Shown: positions 43,001 to 54,700, counted from the first letter of the stretch. The stretch is DNA of 64,000 bases from an uncultured delta proteobacterium (GCA_963830115.1 CAWHLB010000015.1:129178-193177); one strand, 5' to 3'. Made by a program: numbers and translations. Notes: generated by a model from the letters alone, not told the origin.

Positions 43001-43861
43001 TCAGTCCTCGGAGCGGCGGCGATGCCCGGGCGATGGGCCGAAGGAGCCGCGAAGGCCGACGCTCACGATCGGTCCGTAGCGCACGGGCGCGGCGAGAACC
43101 GGGAGCGAGACCTCGGGAACGATCGAAACGTGGGAGCCCAGGTGCAGGTCTGCGCCGAGCACGACAATCGGGTTCAGGGGCCCCGAGCGGACGTTGGCGT
43201 CGATCGTGGTCGACGTGAGCTGCGCGGTGTTGGTCGGATGGGTCTGGGTCACGACACCTCCCCATAGGCCCACATCCCCATTGGCGCGGTAGTGCACCGC
43301 CAAGCCCAAGGACAATAGGGCGACCCAGGGGTGCCCGTAGTCCTCGATGGGCGCCGCGGGCCGCGACGAGCTGCAGCGGCTGGCGCAGGTCGCCTCGATG
43401 TGCGTCGGCACCTCTACCATGCCCGCGTCGAGGGTGAGTCGGAGGTCCCATGCGGGGCTGCTCGTCGGAACGCGCAGCATCAGGCCGGCGCCCCACGTCT
43501 GCGTGTCGTGTCCCGGATTGCCGAGCGTCGTGGGCGCAGCGCGCATGGCACCCGCGCTCAGGCCCCGCCGGTAGAAAAAGCGCATGCCTTGGTTCTCGGC
43601 GAAGCGCACCGCGATGGACCCGTCGAGCTGCGTGCGCGGGATCCACAGGCCGACATTCTCGTTCGGGGCGGTCTCCGGCTCGGAGAGGAAAGCGACGGTG
43701 GAGTCGCCGACGAAGAGATCGGCGGCGCTGTCGAAGCTCGGCGGGGGCAGGGGCGTGGCCGCGGGCACGAGCGACGACTCGCGTACCAGGAAGGTGGAAC
43801 AGCCGGAGGCCGGCACGACGCAGGCGGCGGCAAGGAAGGGGGCGGTGAGGCGACAAACCAC
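43001..43861 (-). CDS. Lipoprotein / outer-membrane beta-barrel hypothetical protein
   Basis: Lipobox ASGC; alternating beta strands ending VSVGLRGSFG. Confidence 0.6.
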   Translation of the reverse strand: MVCRLTAPFLAAACVVPASGCSTFLVRESSLVPAATPLPPPSFDSAADLFVGDSTVAFLSEPETAPNENVGLWIPRTQLDGSIAVRFAENQGMRFFYRRGLSAGAMRAAPTTLGNPGHDTQTWGAGLMLRVPTSSPAWDLRLTLDAGMVEVPTHIEATCASRCSSSRPAAPIEDYGHPWVALLSLGLAVHYRANGDVGLWGGVVTQTHPTNTAQLTSTTIDANVRSGPLNPIVVLGADLHLGSHVSIVPEVSLPVLAAPVRYGPIVSVGLRGSFGPSPGHRRRSED

Positions 43862-44078
43862 GGCCCCTGACGGTGCAAACTGCGTGCCGGTCCGCACGGG
43901 AGCCGTGGATCCGACAATGGCTAAAGAGCCCCGGAAACCGCATGTGTCGCGCTGTGCCGCGTCTTCTTCGATTTGGCCCTTTTCACGTCGGCCCGGGCGC
44001 CGCAAGGTCGGGCCCATGGGTGGACACGACACCGAAGGCGAGCACGGGCTGTCGCGCCAGGGGTCGAGGGCGCGCCCC

Positions 44079-44966
44079 ATGGGGACGTTCGAGCTGCTCC
44101 AGGTCGACGTGTTCACGCGGACCCCGCTTCGGGGCAACCCGTGCGCGATCGTCTTCGATGCCGACGACCTCGATGCGGACGAGATGCTCGCCGTGGCCCG
44201 GGAGATGAACCTCTCGGAGACGGTCTTCCTGAAACGGTCCGCATCTTCGGATTTCAGGGCGATCTACTACACGCCGAGAGAAGAGATCCCGCTCGCCGGC
44301 CATCCCACGATCGCGACGGCCCACGCGCTGCTCGACACCAAACGGATCGCGCCCGCGCGCCTCCCGTGCTCCATCTCCCTCGAGCTCACGGCGGGCCGCG
44401 TGCGCGTCGACATCGAACGGGACGGGGACGGAACCCGGATCGTCATGTACCAGCTCGAGCCGCGCTTCCTCCGCACCTACGACGCCTCCGTCGTCATGCC
44501 GGTCTTCGGGCTCGAGCCGGCCGACCTGCGCCCCGGCGCGCCGATCGAGACCGTGAGCACCGGCACGCCCATGCTCATGGTGCCGGTGCGGGACCTGTCG
44601 TGCTTGAGACGCGCCGAGCTCCGCGTCGCGCCGTATCTCGAGCTGAAGGAGCGGGGGGACTTCTTCAGCCCGCACCTGTTTTCGATGCCCGGGATGACGC
44701 CGGGGGCCGATACGTTCGCGCGTCACTTCGGCGTGCCGCCCGATACCTACGAAGACCCCTTCACCGGATCGGCCTCGGGGTGTATGGCCGCCTACCTGTG
44801 GCGGCACGGCATGATCGACGGTCCCGCGATCGTCGCGGAGCAGGGCCACCTCATGGGCAGGCCGGGAAGAGCGAGGCTCGAGGTCGTCGGGCCACGGCAC
44901 GCCATCGAGACGGTGAAGCTGATCGGGACGGCGGTGACGACGATTCGCGGGCAGCTCCTGCTGTAG
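44079..44966 (+). CDS. PhzF-family isomerase
   Basis: QVDVFT..GNP, AREMNLSETVF, EIPLAGHPT, STG, EDPFTGSA, EQG..MGRP. Confidence 0.92.
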   Translation: MGTFELLQVDVFTRTPLRGNPCAIVFDADDLDADEMLAVAREMNLSETVFLKRSASSDFRAIYYTPREEIPLAGHPTIATAHALLDTKRIAPARLPCSISLELTAGRVRVDIERDGDGTRIVMYQLEPRFLRTYDASVVMPVFGLEPADLRPGAPIETVSTGTPMLMVPVRDLSCLRRAELRVAPYLELKERGDFFSPHLFSMPGMTPGADTFARHFGVPPDTYEDPFTGSASGCMAAYLWRHGMIDGPAIVAEQGHLMGRPGRARLEVVGPRHAIETVKLIGTAVTTIRGQLLL

Positions 44967-45047
44967 GCGCGCGGAGCGGGGCCACCGCGGCGGGCCCCCG
45001 GCTCTTCTCTTGTCGGCGATGCACCGGGCGGGTGACAATCGACGGCG

Positions 45048-46316
45048 GTGGCGCGCTTTCTTCGAGCGGCGGTGATGGTGTCGGCGTGTAGTGCCCTGTC
45101 GTGCAGCGGCGGCTACACGGTGGTCGTGCGCTTCGCCCCGCCGACCCTCGCCGTTCAGGCGAGGCGGGTCGAGCTGAGCCTGGTGCAGACCTGCCTTGCG
45201 CCGGGGATCGATACCGGGGAACCGGTCGCGGCGCTGCGTACCATCGAGCTGGCGCGCGGTGCGACGCACACCGGCTTCGGGAACGTGCAGCCGGGCACCT
45301 ACGGCCTGTACGCGCGCGCCTTCGGCCCGTCGTGCGGGCTCGTGGGAACGGGCTGCGCGCCGGTGACCTTCATCGCGGGCGGCAGCGGCGAACGCGTGGT
45401 CGTCGTCCACGGCCTCGCGGGACCGTCCGACTGCCCTTCGGCCCAGTGCGTCGACGGAGCATGCCTCGAGCCCGACGCCGGCCGACGGGGGACGCGGGAG
45501 GTGGCCCGGACGCGGGAGGCAGACGGTCGGCGCAGACGCGGGAGGATGGAGCGCGGCGCAGACGCGGGAGGCATGGACGCGTCGGCGCACGACGCGGGCG
45601 GCATGGATGCCTCGACCCGCGATGCAGGAGGCATGGACGCCTCGGTTCGCGACGCGGGCGGAGGGGTGGATGCGGGGACCGATGCGGGCGGCGAGATGGA
45701 TGCGAGTATCGACGCGGGGCCCACCCTGCCCCCGTGGGACGCAGGCGATCTCTTCATGGACGCCGGCGCCCTCGGCCAGCCTCCGTGGACCCCCCTCGAG
45801 GTCACCGCCAGCAGCAGCTGCCCTTCGATCACGGCGTGCGGGGGCGATGTCGTCGGCACCTGGGACGTGAGCGGTGGGTGCTTCGACGTGAACGTGGGCC
45901 CCTTGATGACTACGTGCCCGACCGCGATGGTGAGCACCCGCGGTCGCGTGCGCGGCCGCTTCACCTTCGACGGGACGACGTCGTCGCGCATCACCGAGCA
46001 GGAGGCCGACGCCAATGTGTCGATTCCGGCGAGCTGTTTGGGCACCCTCGGCGACTGCTCGAACATTGCGACGGGGTTCCGCATGCTCGGGCTGGAGACG
46101 GTGTGCGCCGTGGACTCCTCAGGCGGCTGCCAATGTGCGGTGCGCAACATCGTCGCGATCAGCTACGCGGGCACCTACTCGATCATGAGCAACCAGATCG
46201 TGACCGGCGGCGAGACGTGGAACTACTGCGTCACGGGAACCGCCATGACCTACGAGGACGTGACCGGCGGCTCGGACCCCCAGCCCCCCGGCACGGTCGA
46301 TCTGACGAAGCGCTGA
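45048..46316 (+). CDS. Lipoprotein with DAG-repeat linker and Cys-rich C-terminal domain
   Basis: Lipobox ALSC; ACGGDVVGTW, NYCVTG; residues encoded at about 45480-45555 look locally out of frame. Confidence 0.75.
   Translation: MARFLRAAVMVSACSALSCSGGYTVVVRFAPPTLAVQARRVELSLVQTCLAPGIDTGEPVAALRTIELARGATHTGFGNVQPGTYGLYARAFGPSCGLVGTGCAPVTFIAGGSGERVVVVHGLAGPSDCPSAQCVDGACLEPDAGRRGTREVARTREADGRRRRGRMERGADAGGMDASAHDAGGMDASTRDAGGMDASVRDAGGGVDAGTDAGGEMDASIDAGPTLPPWDAGDLFMDAGALGQPPWTPLEVTASSSCPSITACGGDVVGTWDVSGGCFDVNVGPLMTTCPTAMVSTRGRVRGRFTFDGTTSSRITEQEADANVSIPASCLGTLGDCSNIATGFRMLGLETVCAVDSSGGCQCAVRNIVAISYAGTYSIMSNQIVTGGETWNYCVTGTAMTYEDVTGGSDPQPPGTVDLTKR
45561..45720 (+). repeat. Coding 30-bp tandem repeat (DAGGMDASxx), about 5 copies
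   Basis: Units start at 45561, 45591, 45621 (close copies) and 45651, 45681 (degenerate). Confidence 0.85.
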
Positions 46317-46442
46317 CGGGGCCACGGCGGCCCCTACCTCCCCCAGCCGGCCGAAGCTCCGCAACTCCCTCCCGTCTACCGCGGCGGCTTGACGGGGGGC
46401 GGCTTTCGCGGCTTGCTTGCCCGCTTCGTGGTGGAGGACTCC

Positions 46443-49400
46443 ATGCGCTTTTCGAGCATTGTCGCCGTTCTTGTCGCCTGCGTCGTAAGCTCCCTCGGCT
46501 GCAACCAGGCCCAACCCCCCATCGACCGCGTCCAGCCGAACGCCATCGACAAGTCGCTGTTCGATGGCGAGTGGTACTACCTGCAGACGGTCATCGACGC
46601 GCCCTACGAGACCCAGTTCACCTTCGTCGGCGACCAGTCCTCGCTCGAGAAGATCCGCTGGGACATCCAGGAGAACTACCTGGTGGCCCGGCGTAGCTAT
46701 CAGTGGATCGCCGGAAGCCAGGACCCGGGCATCTCGGGGCGCAGCGACGCCCAGGGCGCCCCGGTCGGCATGTGGAAGATCGAGTCGCACTTCGACATCC
46801 GCCGCCAGTACAACCCGACGACGGGCGAGCAGCTCAACGTCGTCGAGGAGAACACGACCGACCGCCCCTGGTACGAGCGAAAGTACATGCGGGTCGACTG
46901 GTCGAAGAACCTCATCACCGATACGCACCTGTTCCAGGTCGCGCGCTACTTCGACGGCGTCACGATGGAGCCCGAGTCGTACTACGTGAACGACCCGTCG
47001 GACCCCGATGCGCCGAAGTTCGACAAGGACCCGACGACGGGCCAGGTCAACTACATCGACATCGTCGGCAAGGTCTTCGCGCAACCGACGACGGTCAACA
47101 TCGAAGGATGGGGACCGGTCCCGACCTGCTGGCTCGAGGGCAACGAGCACCTCGACTGCTCGTCCGCGGAGATCACGGTCCGTCACTCCTTCCTCAAGGT
47201 CGACCCGAAGGACGACTACCAGCCCTTCGACTACACGGGCGACCGGATGAGCCAGTTCGGCTACTTCGTCAGCGAGCGCGCCGGCTACGACCCGCACTAC
47301 GGCGTGGTCGACCCCGCGCGCTACAGGTTCTCGGACCGCCACGACATCTGGGCGGCGAGCCATCGGAGCGACGCGAGCGGCCAGCCCATCTCGTGCACGG
47401 CCGACAGCGATTGTGACGACGGCCGCGGCTCGGTGTGCGACATGGATTGGGCCAAGGCGCATCGCACCGATCACGGCCTGTGCACCATCGCCTACCGCGA
47501 TCGAACCGTGCGACCCATCGCCTACCACGTCTCGGACAACCTCCCCGAGGACCTGTTCCCCGACGCCCAGTTCCTCGTCGACGGCTGGTCGGGCGCCCTG
47601 CACGACACGGTGGCGTCCCTCCGCGAGAACGAGTGCCTCGCCCACGGCAGCGGCGCCGGGCAGTGCAGCGACGAGCGCAACCGCCCCGATGCAGCGCACC
47701 CCTTCGTCCTCTGCCACAACCCCGTCGCCGACGGCGATCCCGAAGCATGCGGAGCGAGCGGCACCGTCGCGCGCATCGGCGATCTTCGCTACAATCTCAT
47801 CGGCTGGGTCAGCGACCCGGGGCTCGGCAACCCGCTCGGCTACGGACCCTCGGCAGCGGACCCGGAGACCGGTCGCATCGTCCAGGCCAACGCCTTCATC
47901 TACGGCGCCGACGTGGAGTGGTACGCCACCTATGCACGTGACCTCATCGCCATGCTCAACGGCGACCTGTCGGAGGCGGACCTCACGAGCGGCGCCGCCG
48001 TGGACGCGTGGGTGCAGAACATGCAAGCGCCCGGATCGGCCCTCCGACACGTGGTCGACGTCACGGGCGCCGACGCGTCACGCATCGACCAGGCGATGGA
48101 CTTCCGCTGGGCGCGGCCGGGTGCCGGCCCCGGTCGGTCGCGCGGCAAGCCTCGCTCCTTCGCCGAAATGAGGAGCCGCTTCCACGCGGCCGAAGCCCGC
48201 ATCGCCCAGGCGGGCGGGTACGGCACGGGCGACGGAAGCGGTGCCGCACGGCTCGCGGCGCTCCACGGCACTCCCCTCGAACGCGCCCTCGTCGGCGCCG
48301 AGGCGCGCGTCGCGGCGGGCATCGATCCGCACCAGCCCGTGGACGACTCCGTGCTTGCCGCGGCGTCCCCCTTGTCGGGCCACAGCCTGGCGCACGAACG
48401 GGCCCTCGCCCGGGCGCGCCAGAAGCTCCGCTCCGAGCCCTGCATGCTCGGGCAGGACTTCGCCGACGACGGCCTGCTCGGCCTCGCGCGGGCGGTGCAG
48501 AAGGCCGTCCGCGACGGCAGCGGGACGATGGACTGGTACGGCAAGACCTACTCGGTGCTCGGGCCCGACGGCCACATCGACTACGAGGCCGTGCGCACGA
48601 TGCTACGGCACCCGATCTTCGAGGCGACCACGGCCCACGAGGTCGGTCACACCCTCGGCCTCCGCCACAACTTCTCCGGCTCCTACGACTCGGTGAACTA
48701 CCACCACCAGTACTGGCAGCTCCGGGATGACGGCAACATGCAGCCGCGCGCCTGGGACCCCATGACCCAGGCCGAGATCGACGGACGCGAGCGCGAGTAT
48801 CAGACGTCGACGGTCATGGACTACGGCAACAACTTCGTCGTGACCGATGCGGCGGGCGTTGGCCACTACGACCGCGCCGCCATCAAGATGGGCTACGGCG
48901 ACCTGGTCGAGGTCTTCACGAACGCCCACGACACGCACGACGTGGCCGAGTGGAACGCGTTGCAGCAGGAGGGCTGGGAGGTGCACCTCAAGGAGAGCTC
49001 CTTCCTGAACGGCTACCCCATCTCCGCCTACACGTACACCGACTTCCCGGGCCTCGTCGGCGGCATCAATCACCTGGAGCAACGCGCGGACGTGCCCTAC
49101 ACGAGCTTGCGTCCCGAGCCGATGCTGGCGGCGAACGGGTTCACCGCAAATGTCGTCGATGCCCAGGGGCGGCCCGCCGTGCCCTACCGCTTCTGCAGCG
49201 ACGAACAGGTGAACCTGGACCCGAGCTGCATGACCTACGACGCCGGTGCGGATCCCTACGAGTCGTTGCAGAGCATCATCGACTCGTACTGGAACTACTA
49301 CCCGCTCGCGGCCTTCCGGCGCGGCCGGATCGGCTTCAACCCGAGCGACTACTACTGGCGCGTGGCCAACCGCTACTTCGCGAAGCTCCAGGAGGCGAAC

Positions 49401-50351
49401 CAGCTCTACGCCCTCAACCGCAGCTTCTACGAGGACGCATGGGCCGGCGACCCGAGCCTCGCCGACTTCTGGACGCGCGAAGACGGCTACGGCGCGTGGA
49501 CGCTCGGCGTCGGCGAGAGCTACGCCCTGCTCACGCGTGTGCTCGCGACACCGGCGCCTGGCGGCTACTCCCACACGACGCGCCCCGACGGCACCGATGC
49601 GCTCGGCACGGACTTCTACTCGAGCTCGCCCGACGCCAACGTTTCCTTCGACGACGGGCGCGCCCTCGAGACGACGTGGGACTTCAGCCAGGGCTACTAC
49701 TGGTTCGACCAGATCGCGCGGGCGGGCTTCTTCATCGACAAGGCGCTCGCCATCCAGGTCCTGACCGATCCGACCACCTACTTCATCGGTCGCGACACCA
49801 GCGCCGACGTGCGCCAGTACGAGCTCAGCTTCTACTCGACCTTCGGGCCGAGCCTGACGGGGCTCATGCGCGGGCTCCTCTCCGAGGACTGGAACACGTT
49901 TGCGCCGCGCGTGGGCACCGACGGGAACCTGGTCTATCCGGACCCCTTGCAGCTCGCCCAGGGCGACATGCCGGGCGCGCCCGTGGACCCCGACGCGTCC
50001 TTCAGCCTCGCGCTCTACGGCGCCGTCTTCGGCATGGCGCTCGTGCCCGAGACCTACGACCTGGACTACCTGAACCGCGCGCGCATCTGGGCCCAGGGCA
50101 GCGCCGAGGCGATCGATCCGGCGCCGGGCACCCCGCTCGTCAGCTACACCGATCCCCGGAGCGGCCTGGTCTACCAGGCCGTGTCCTATCCCGACGGGAG
50201 CGGAACGGAGACGGGCGTGGGGGCCCAGATGATCGACCACGCCCTTTCGCTGGACGCCGCGGGCCCGGACGGCCAAGCCGCCCTCCCCCGCTACGTCGAT
50301 CAGCTCGACATGGTCCGCTCCCTGAGCTGGTATCTCGGCTTCGGCCCGTAA
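46443..50351 (+). CDS. Large zinc-dependent metalloprotease lipoprotein (myxobacterial type)
   Basis: RBS GGAGG; lipobox SLGC; IDRVQPN, ADPETG, HEVGHTLGLRHNF (HExxHxxGxxH), Met-turn STVMDY, YRFCSDE. Confidence 0.9.
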   Translation: MRFSSIVAVLVACVVSSLGCNQAQPPIDRVQPNAIDKSLFDGEWYYLQTVIDAPYETQFTFVGDQSSLEKIRWDIQENYLVARRSYQWIAGSQDPGISGRSDAQGAPVGMWKIESHFDIRRQYNPTTGEQLNVVEENTTDRPWYERKYMRVDWSKNLITDTHLFQVARYFDGVTMEPESYYVNDPSDPDAPKFDKDPTTGQVNYIDIVGKVFAQPTTVNIEGWGPVPTCWLEGNEHLDCSSAEITVRHSFLKVDPKDDYQPFDYTGDRMSQFGYFVSERAGYDPHYGVVDPARYRFSDRHDIWAASHRSDASGQPISCTADSDCDDGRGSVCDMDWAKAHRTDHGLCTIAYRDRTVRPIAYHVSDNLPEDLFPDAQFLVDGWSGALHDTVASLRENECLAHGSGAGQCSDERNRPDAAHPFVLCHNPVADGDPEACGASGTVARIGDLRYNLIGWVSDPGLGNPLGYGPSAADPETGRIVQANAFIYGADVEWYATYARDLIAMLNGDLSEADLTSGAAVDAWVQNMQAPGSALRHVVDVTGADASRIDQAMDFRWARPGAGPGRSRGKPRSFAEMRSRFHAAEARIAQAGGYGTGDGSGAARLAALHGTPLERALVGAEARVAAGIDPHQPVDDSVLAAASPLSGHSLAHERALARARQKLRSEPCMLGQDFADDGLLGLARAVQKAVRDGSGTMDWYGKTYSVLGPDGHIDYEAVRTMLRHPIFEATTAHEVGHTLGLRHNFSGSYDSVNYHHQYWQLRDDGNMQPRAWDPMTQAEIDGREREYQTSTVMDYGNNFVVTDAAGVGHYDRAAIKMGYGDLVEVFTNAHDTHDVAEWNALQQEGWEVHLKESSFLNGYPISAYTYTDFPGLVGGINHLEQRADVPYTSLRPEPMLAANGFTANVVDAQGRPAVPYRFCSDEQVNLDPSCMTYDAGADPYESLQSIIDSYWNYYPLAAFRRGRIGFNPSDYYWRVANRYFAKLQEANQLYALNRSFYEDAWAGDPSLADFWTREDGYGAWTLGVGESYALLTRVLATPAPGGYSHTTRPDGTDALGTDFYSSSPDANVSFDDGRALETTWDFSQGYYWFDQIARAGFFIDKALAIQVLTDPTTYFIGRDTSADVRQYELSFYSTFGPSLTGLMRGLLSEDWNTFAPRVGTDGNLVYPDPLQLAQGDMPGAPVDPDASFSLALYGAVFGMALVPETYDLDYLNRARIWAQGSAEAIDPAPGTPLVSYTDPRSGLVYQAVSYPDGSGTETGVGAQMIDHALSLDAAGPDGQAALPRYVDQLDMVRSLSWYLGFGP

Positions 50352-50520
50352 TCGGCCGTCGTCGCCCGCGACGGAGGGCGAGCTCCTGCCGTTCCTCGAG
50401 GACCTCGTTCTGCGAGCGCGCGGCCTCCTGATCGCCACGTGAAGCTTCGCGGCGCGAAGCCCGCGGCCCCCTCCGATGCCGGCTTGTGCACCGCCGGCCG
50501 TGGGCTACTGTCCCTCCGCC

Positions 50521-51162
50521 ATGTCCACGCCCCCCATCCCCCAATCGATCAAGCTCACCTATTTCGACATCCACGGCGGTCGCGGCGAGGCGGCGCGGAT
50601 CGCGCTGTCGATCCGCGGCATTCCGTTCGAGGACGACCGCATCCAGCGCGGGCGCTGGGCCGAGCTCAAGCCCACCATGCCCCTTCGCCAGCTTCCGGTC
50701 CTCGAGGTGGAGGGCAAGCGCATCACGCAGTCGAACGCGATCAACCGCTACGTCGGCAGGCTCGCCGGCCTCTATCCCGACGACCCGTGGCAGGCCGCCA
50801 TTGCCGACGAGGCGTGCGACGCAGTCGAGGCATTCTTCGCCGTGCTCGCCCCGACCTATCACATCGAGGATGCGGCCGAGATGCAGCGCGCGCGCGCGGC
50901 GATCGTCGACGAACCGTTGCCGCTGTACATGGGGGCCCTCGCGGGGATGCTCGCCGAGCGCGGGGGCGAGTGGTTCGCCGACAACCGGCTCACCGTGGCC
51001 GATCTCAAGGTCCGCGAGTGCATCCGCTACCTGACCATCGGAACGCTCGACCACATTCCGCAGGACCTCGTCGGCCGCCTCCAGCCCACCCTCGTGGAGC
51101 ACCTCGAGCGGGTCATGCGCCATCCGGGGGTGCGCGCGTACTACGAGCGCGTCGGGGCGTAG
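50521..51162 (+). CDS. Glutathione S-transferase (Tyr-type, sigma-like)
   Basis: KLTYFD..GRGEAAR, QLPVLEVEG, TQSNAINRY, LTVADL. Confidence 0.92.
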   Translation: MSTPPIPQSIKLTYFDIHGGRGEAARIALSIRGIPFEDDRIQRGRWAELKPTMPLRQLPVLEVEGKRITQSNAINRYVGRLAGLYPDDPWQAAIADEACDAVEAFFAVLAPTYHIEDAAEMQRARAAIVDEPLPLYMGALAGMLAERGGEWFADNRLTVADLKVRECIRYLTIGTLDHIPQDLVGRLQPTLVEHLERVMRHPGVRAYYERVGA

Positions 51163-51465
51163 CTCCCGCCGGGGTATCGGAGTGGTCGCCTGCCCGGACG
51201 CCGGGAGGTCGTGGCCGTCGCGGCACCCGACGGGCATCTCGTCGCCGTCGCCCAGGCGAGGCGCCGCCTCGAGGGGATGGCCCGCCTCGCGGATCTGCTC
51301 CGCGGCAACGCGGGCCCTTACCGCTGAGGCGCCGCCGGACCGGGCTCATGTCCCCGTCGGATTGACGCGGGGAGGCTCAACGCGTGCGCCCGGGGCCGAG
51401 CGGAGGGAATTTTCGGACCGGTCGGGCCGTAGAACGACTCCGCGAGCCACGCGAACGGCTGCTCC

Positions 51466-51605
51466 ATGCGTGGTGTCGGGCGCGATGTCGTCTACTCCCT
51501 GACACTGGCCACGACGAAGCACGTGGTCCTGACCACCATCGCGCCCGTGTCCGGGAGCTACGACACGGTGCTCCACGTGCGCACGACCTGCACCGACGCC
51601 GCCCC
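51466..51605 (+). pseudogene. Isolated fragment of a myxobacterial extracellular beta-sandwich domain
   Basis: DVVYSLTL..VVLTT..SYDTVLHVRTTC matches a recurrent secreted-protein module but has no N- or C-terminal context. Confidence 0.45.
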
Positions 51606-51755
51606 ACCTGGCAGCGGGTTGAGCTCGCGGCGGCCGGGCGTGCGCGCGTGCTAGAAACGCGTCGGGGCGCAACCCCCGTCGCGATGTCGGAGAGCCCGCT
51701 CCGCGGGTCTGGTGCCGCCCCGTCACCTCGCCTAGTCTCAGACCGATCGAGTCGC

Positions 51756-54700
51756 ATGACGAGGCGCGAGCACCCTCAATCACGGCAGGACGCAACCCTC
51801 CTGGCGGTCATGGCCGGCCGCCTCGAGGCAGCACCCTACGCTCCGCTGTACACGTTCCTCGGACCCCGAGGAAACGAGGCGGACTCGGCCGATTGCGAGG
51901 AGGTCGTGCGGCGCGCGGCCGGCGCGGCCGACCTCCTCGAGGCGGCGGGCGTGGGGCCCGGGGATCGCGTTCTTCTGGTCTTTCCCCCGGACGGGCTCGA
52001 GCTCGTCACGAGCTTCTTCGGATGCCTGCTGCTCGGCGCCATCGCCGTCCCGGTCGCGAGCCCGGACCCGCGACACCTCGCGCAGGAGCTGCCCAAGCTC
52101 CGCCACATCGCGATGGACAGCGGCGCCCGCGTCGCCCTCACCCACGCCAAGTACCGAGCGCTCACGACGATGGCGTCGGTACGGGACGGTGTGAGCCGCC
52201 TCCTAAAGGGCCGCCCACCCGACAGGGAGCGCTGGCCGGAGGTCACATGGCTCCTGTCCGACCGCATCCGGCGGGCAGACGCCGGAGCGGCCGCCACACG
52301 TCTCGCGCACGGTGCGCGCACCCAGCGCCCGGACGACGTCGTCTACCTCCAGTACACCTCCGGCTCGACGTCGGCGCCGAAGGGCGTGGTCGTGCGCCAC
52401 CGGAACCTGCTGCACAACCTCTCGCTCATGGCGCGCAACACGCACGTCGACGCGGCGTCGGTTCTCGTGGGCTGGGTGCCCCTGTTCCACGACATGGGGC
52501 TGGCCGGCGGGATCCTCAACGCGATGAGCGCCGGGGCACGATGCGTCTTCTTCTCGCCCATGAGCTTCCTGGCCAATCCCCGCCTCTGGCTCGAGACCAT
52601 CGATCGCTACGGAGGCACGCACATCGCTGGGCCGAACTTCGGCTACGAGTACGTGCTGCGCGGGTTGCGCAACGGCGACGCCTTCGATCTGTCGACCCTG
52701 CGCGCCGCGCTCCAAGGTGGTGAGTCGATGCGGGTCACGACCATGTCGCGGTTCGAGGCGGCTTTCGGATCGATGGGCTTCGACGCCGCGACCTTCTGCA
52801 ACGTGTACGGCATGGCCGAGGCCGTGCTCTTCGTCACCGGTCAGGCGGGGCGAAGGCCGTCCCTGTTGCGCGGCGACCGAGCAATCATGGACCGGGAAGG
52901 CACCCTCGTCGCCCCCGCACCCGGTGCGCCGGCGGTGACACTGGTGGGGAGCGGCGTCCCGGACGCGGAGATGGGCGTGTCGGTGCTCGCCGTCAATCCC
53001 GCGACCCATCGGCCACGGCCGGACGGCGTCGTGGGCGAGCTGTGGGTGTCGAGCCCGAGCGTGTCGACGGGCTACTGGGGACGCAGGGAGGCGGAGAACG
53101 CGGCGGTCTTCGCTGCGCGCCTTTCGAGCGACGACGGTGGAGAGGACCCGCGACGATTCCTCCGCACGGGCGACCTCGGGGTGATCCACGAAGGCGAGGT
53201 GTTCGTCTGCGGCCGCCTCAAGGACCTCATCATCATCGGCGGTCGCAACATCCACCCCCAGGACCTGGAGGAGGCGGTAGTCGCCTCCGACCCGATCCTG
53301 CGGCCGGGCAACGCGCTCGCCTTCGGGGTCGAGGTGGACGGGACCGAGCGTGTGGTGGTGGTCGCGGAGGTGCGCAGGAAGCTCCTCGAGCGAAAGGACC
53401 TCCCCGCGCTCCTCACGCGCGCCATCGCCGCGATCCGAGCGGCGGTCGCGGCCCACGGCGGGGTCCAGTGCCACGACGTCCTGCTCCTTCGCCCGGACAC
53501 GATCCCGAAGACGACCAGCGGGAAGCTGCGCCGCCGGGAGTGCAAGGAGCGGTGGGCGGACGGCTCACTGCACGCGACCAATCGACGCCTCGGTCGTCCG
53601 GCACGGACGCCGGCACCGCCACGGGGTGAGGCCGCACCGTTCGCCGATCGCCCGAACGCGGGCGGCTCGGAGGGACGCGACGCCTACCTGCTCCGTCTGC
53701 TCCAGACCGAGGTCGCGGCGGCGCTGCACCTGGCCGACCCCGACGACGTGTCGGTGGATCGACCGCTCCTCGACCTGGGCCTCGATTCGCTCGGGTTGAT
53801 GGATCTGGGCAGGCGCCTCGAGGATCGGCTGGGGATGGCGGTGCCGCCGGCGAGCCTGAGCGATGCGTCGAGCCTGCGCGCGCTGGCCGACCTCCTCCTC
53901 GCGCGCTTCGAGCTGCCACCCGACGACGAGGGGCGGGCGCACCCGAGCCCGCACGCGGTCCACGCCGGAGACGTGCCGTTCACGGCCGGCCAGCTCGAGT
54001 CCCTGCGCCTAGGTCAGTGGAGCTGGTGGAACCGCGCCGCCCTCCTCACCGTCCATCGCCCGATCACCCCGGAGCAGCTCCACCGGGCGGCGTCGGTCCT
54101 GGTCGCCCACCACCACGCCCTGCGCCTCCGGTTCCACCGCGACGGCGACCGCTTCACCCAGCACTACGGAGACGTGGACGGAAGCTTCGCGGTCGAGTCG
54201 ACGTCCTTGACGGCGCCGGACGAGGGCACCCGCCGCGACGCGCTCCTTCGCGCGATGGACGTCCAGCACCGACGCGTGGACCTGGAGCGCGGCCCCGTCC
54301 TTCGCCTCCTGTTGGTGGAGGGGCTCGGGCCCACCCAATGCCTCTTCGTCACGATCAACCACCTGGTGATGGACGCCTTCACGCTCGGGATCCTCGTCGA
54401 CGAGCTCGACCACCTCTGCCATCTGGACGAGATGGAGAGGCCCCTGCGCCTCTCCCGGACCTCGACCCGGTTCGAGGACTACGCCCGTTGGGTGAACGAC
54501 TTCGCGCGGGGAGCCGCCGTCGACGACCTGGTCTTCTGGCAGGCGCAGCTCGACACGCCGCCGCCCTGCGCCTACGACTCGCGCGTCCAGGAGCCCGTCC
54601 GGATGGCCGACCTGGCGAGCGGCGGTGAGCGCTTCACGGAGGCGGAGACGCGCGCGCTCCGGGAGGTCTGCACCGAGGGCCGTCGCGCACCCATCGCGAC

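Noticed and set aside
44079-44966. Phenazine biosynthesis cluster
   Set aside because: Solitary PhzF-family gene with no phzA/B/D/E/G neighbours.
45561-45720. 30-bp repeats as a CRISPR or non-coding array
   Set aside because: In-frame, degenerate at wobble positions, no spacers: a coding DAG linker.
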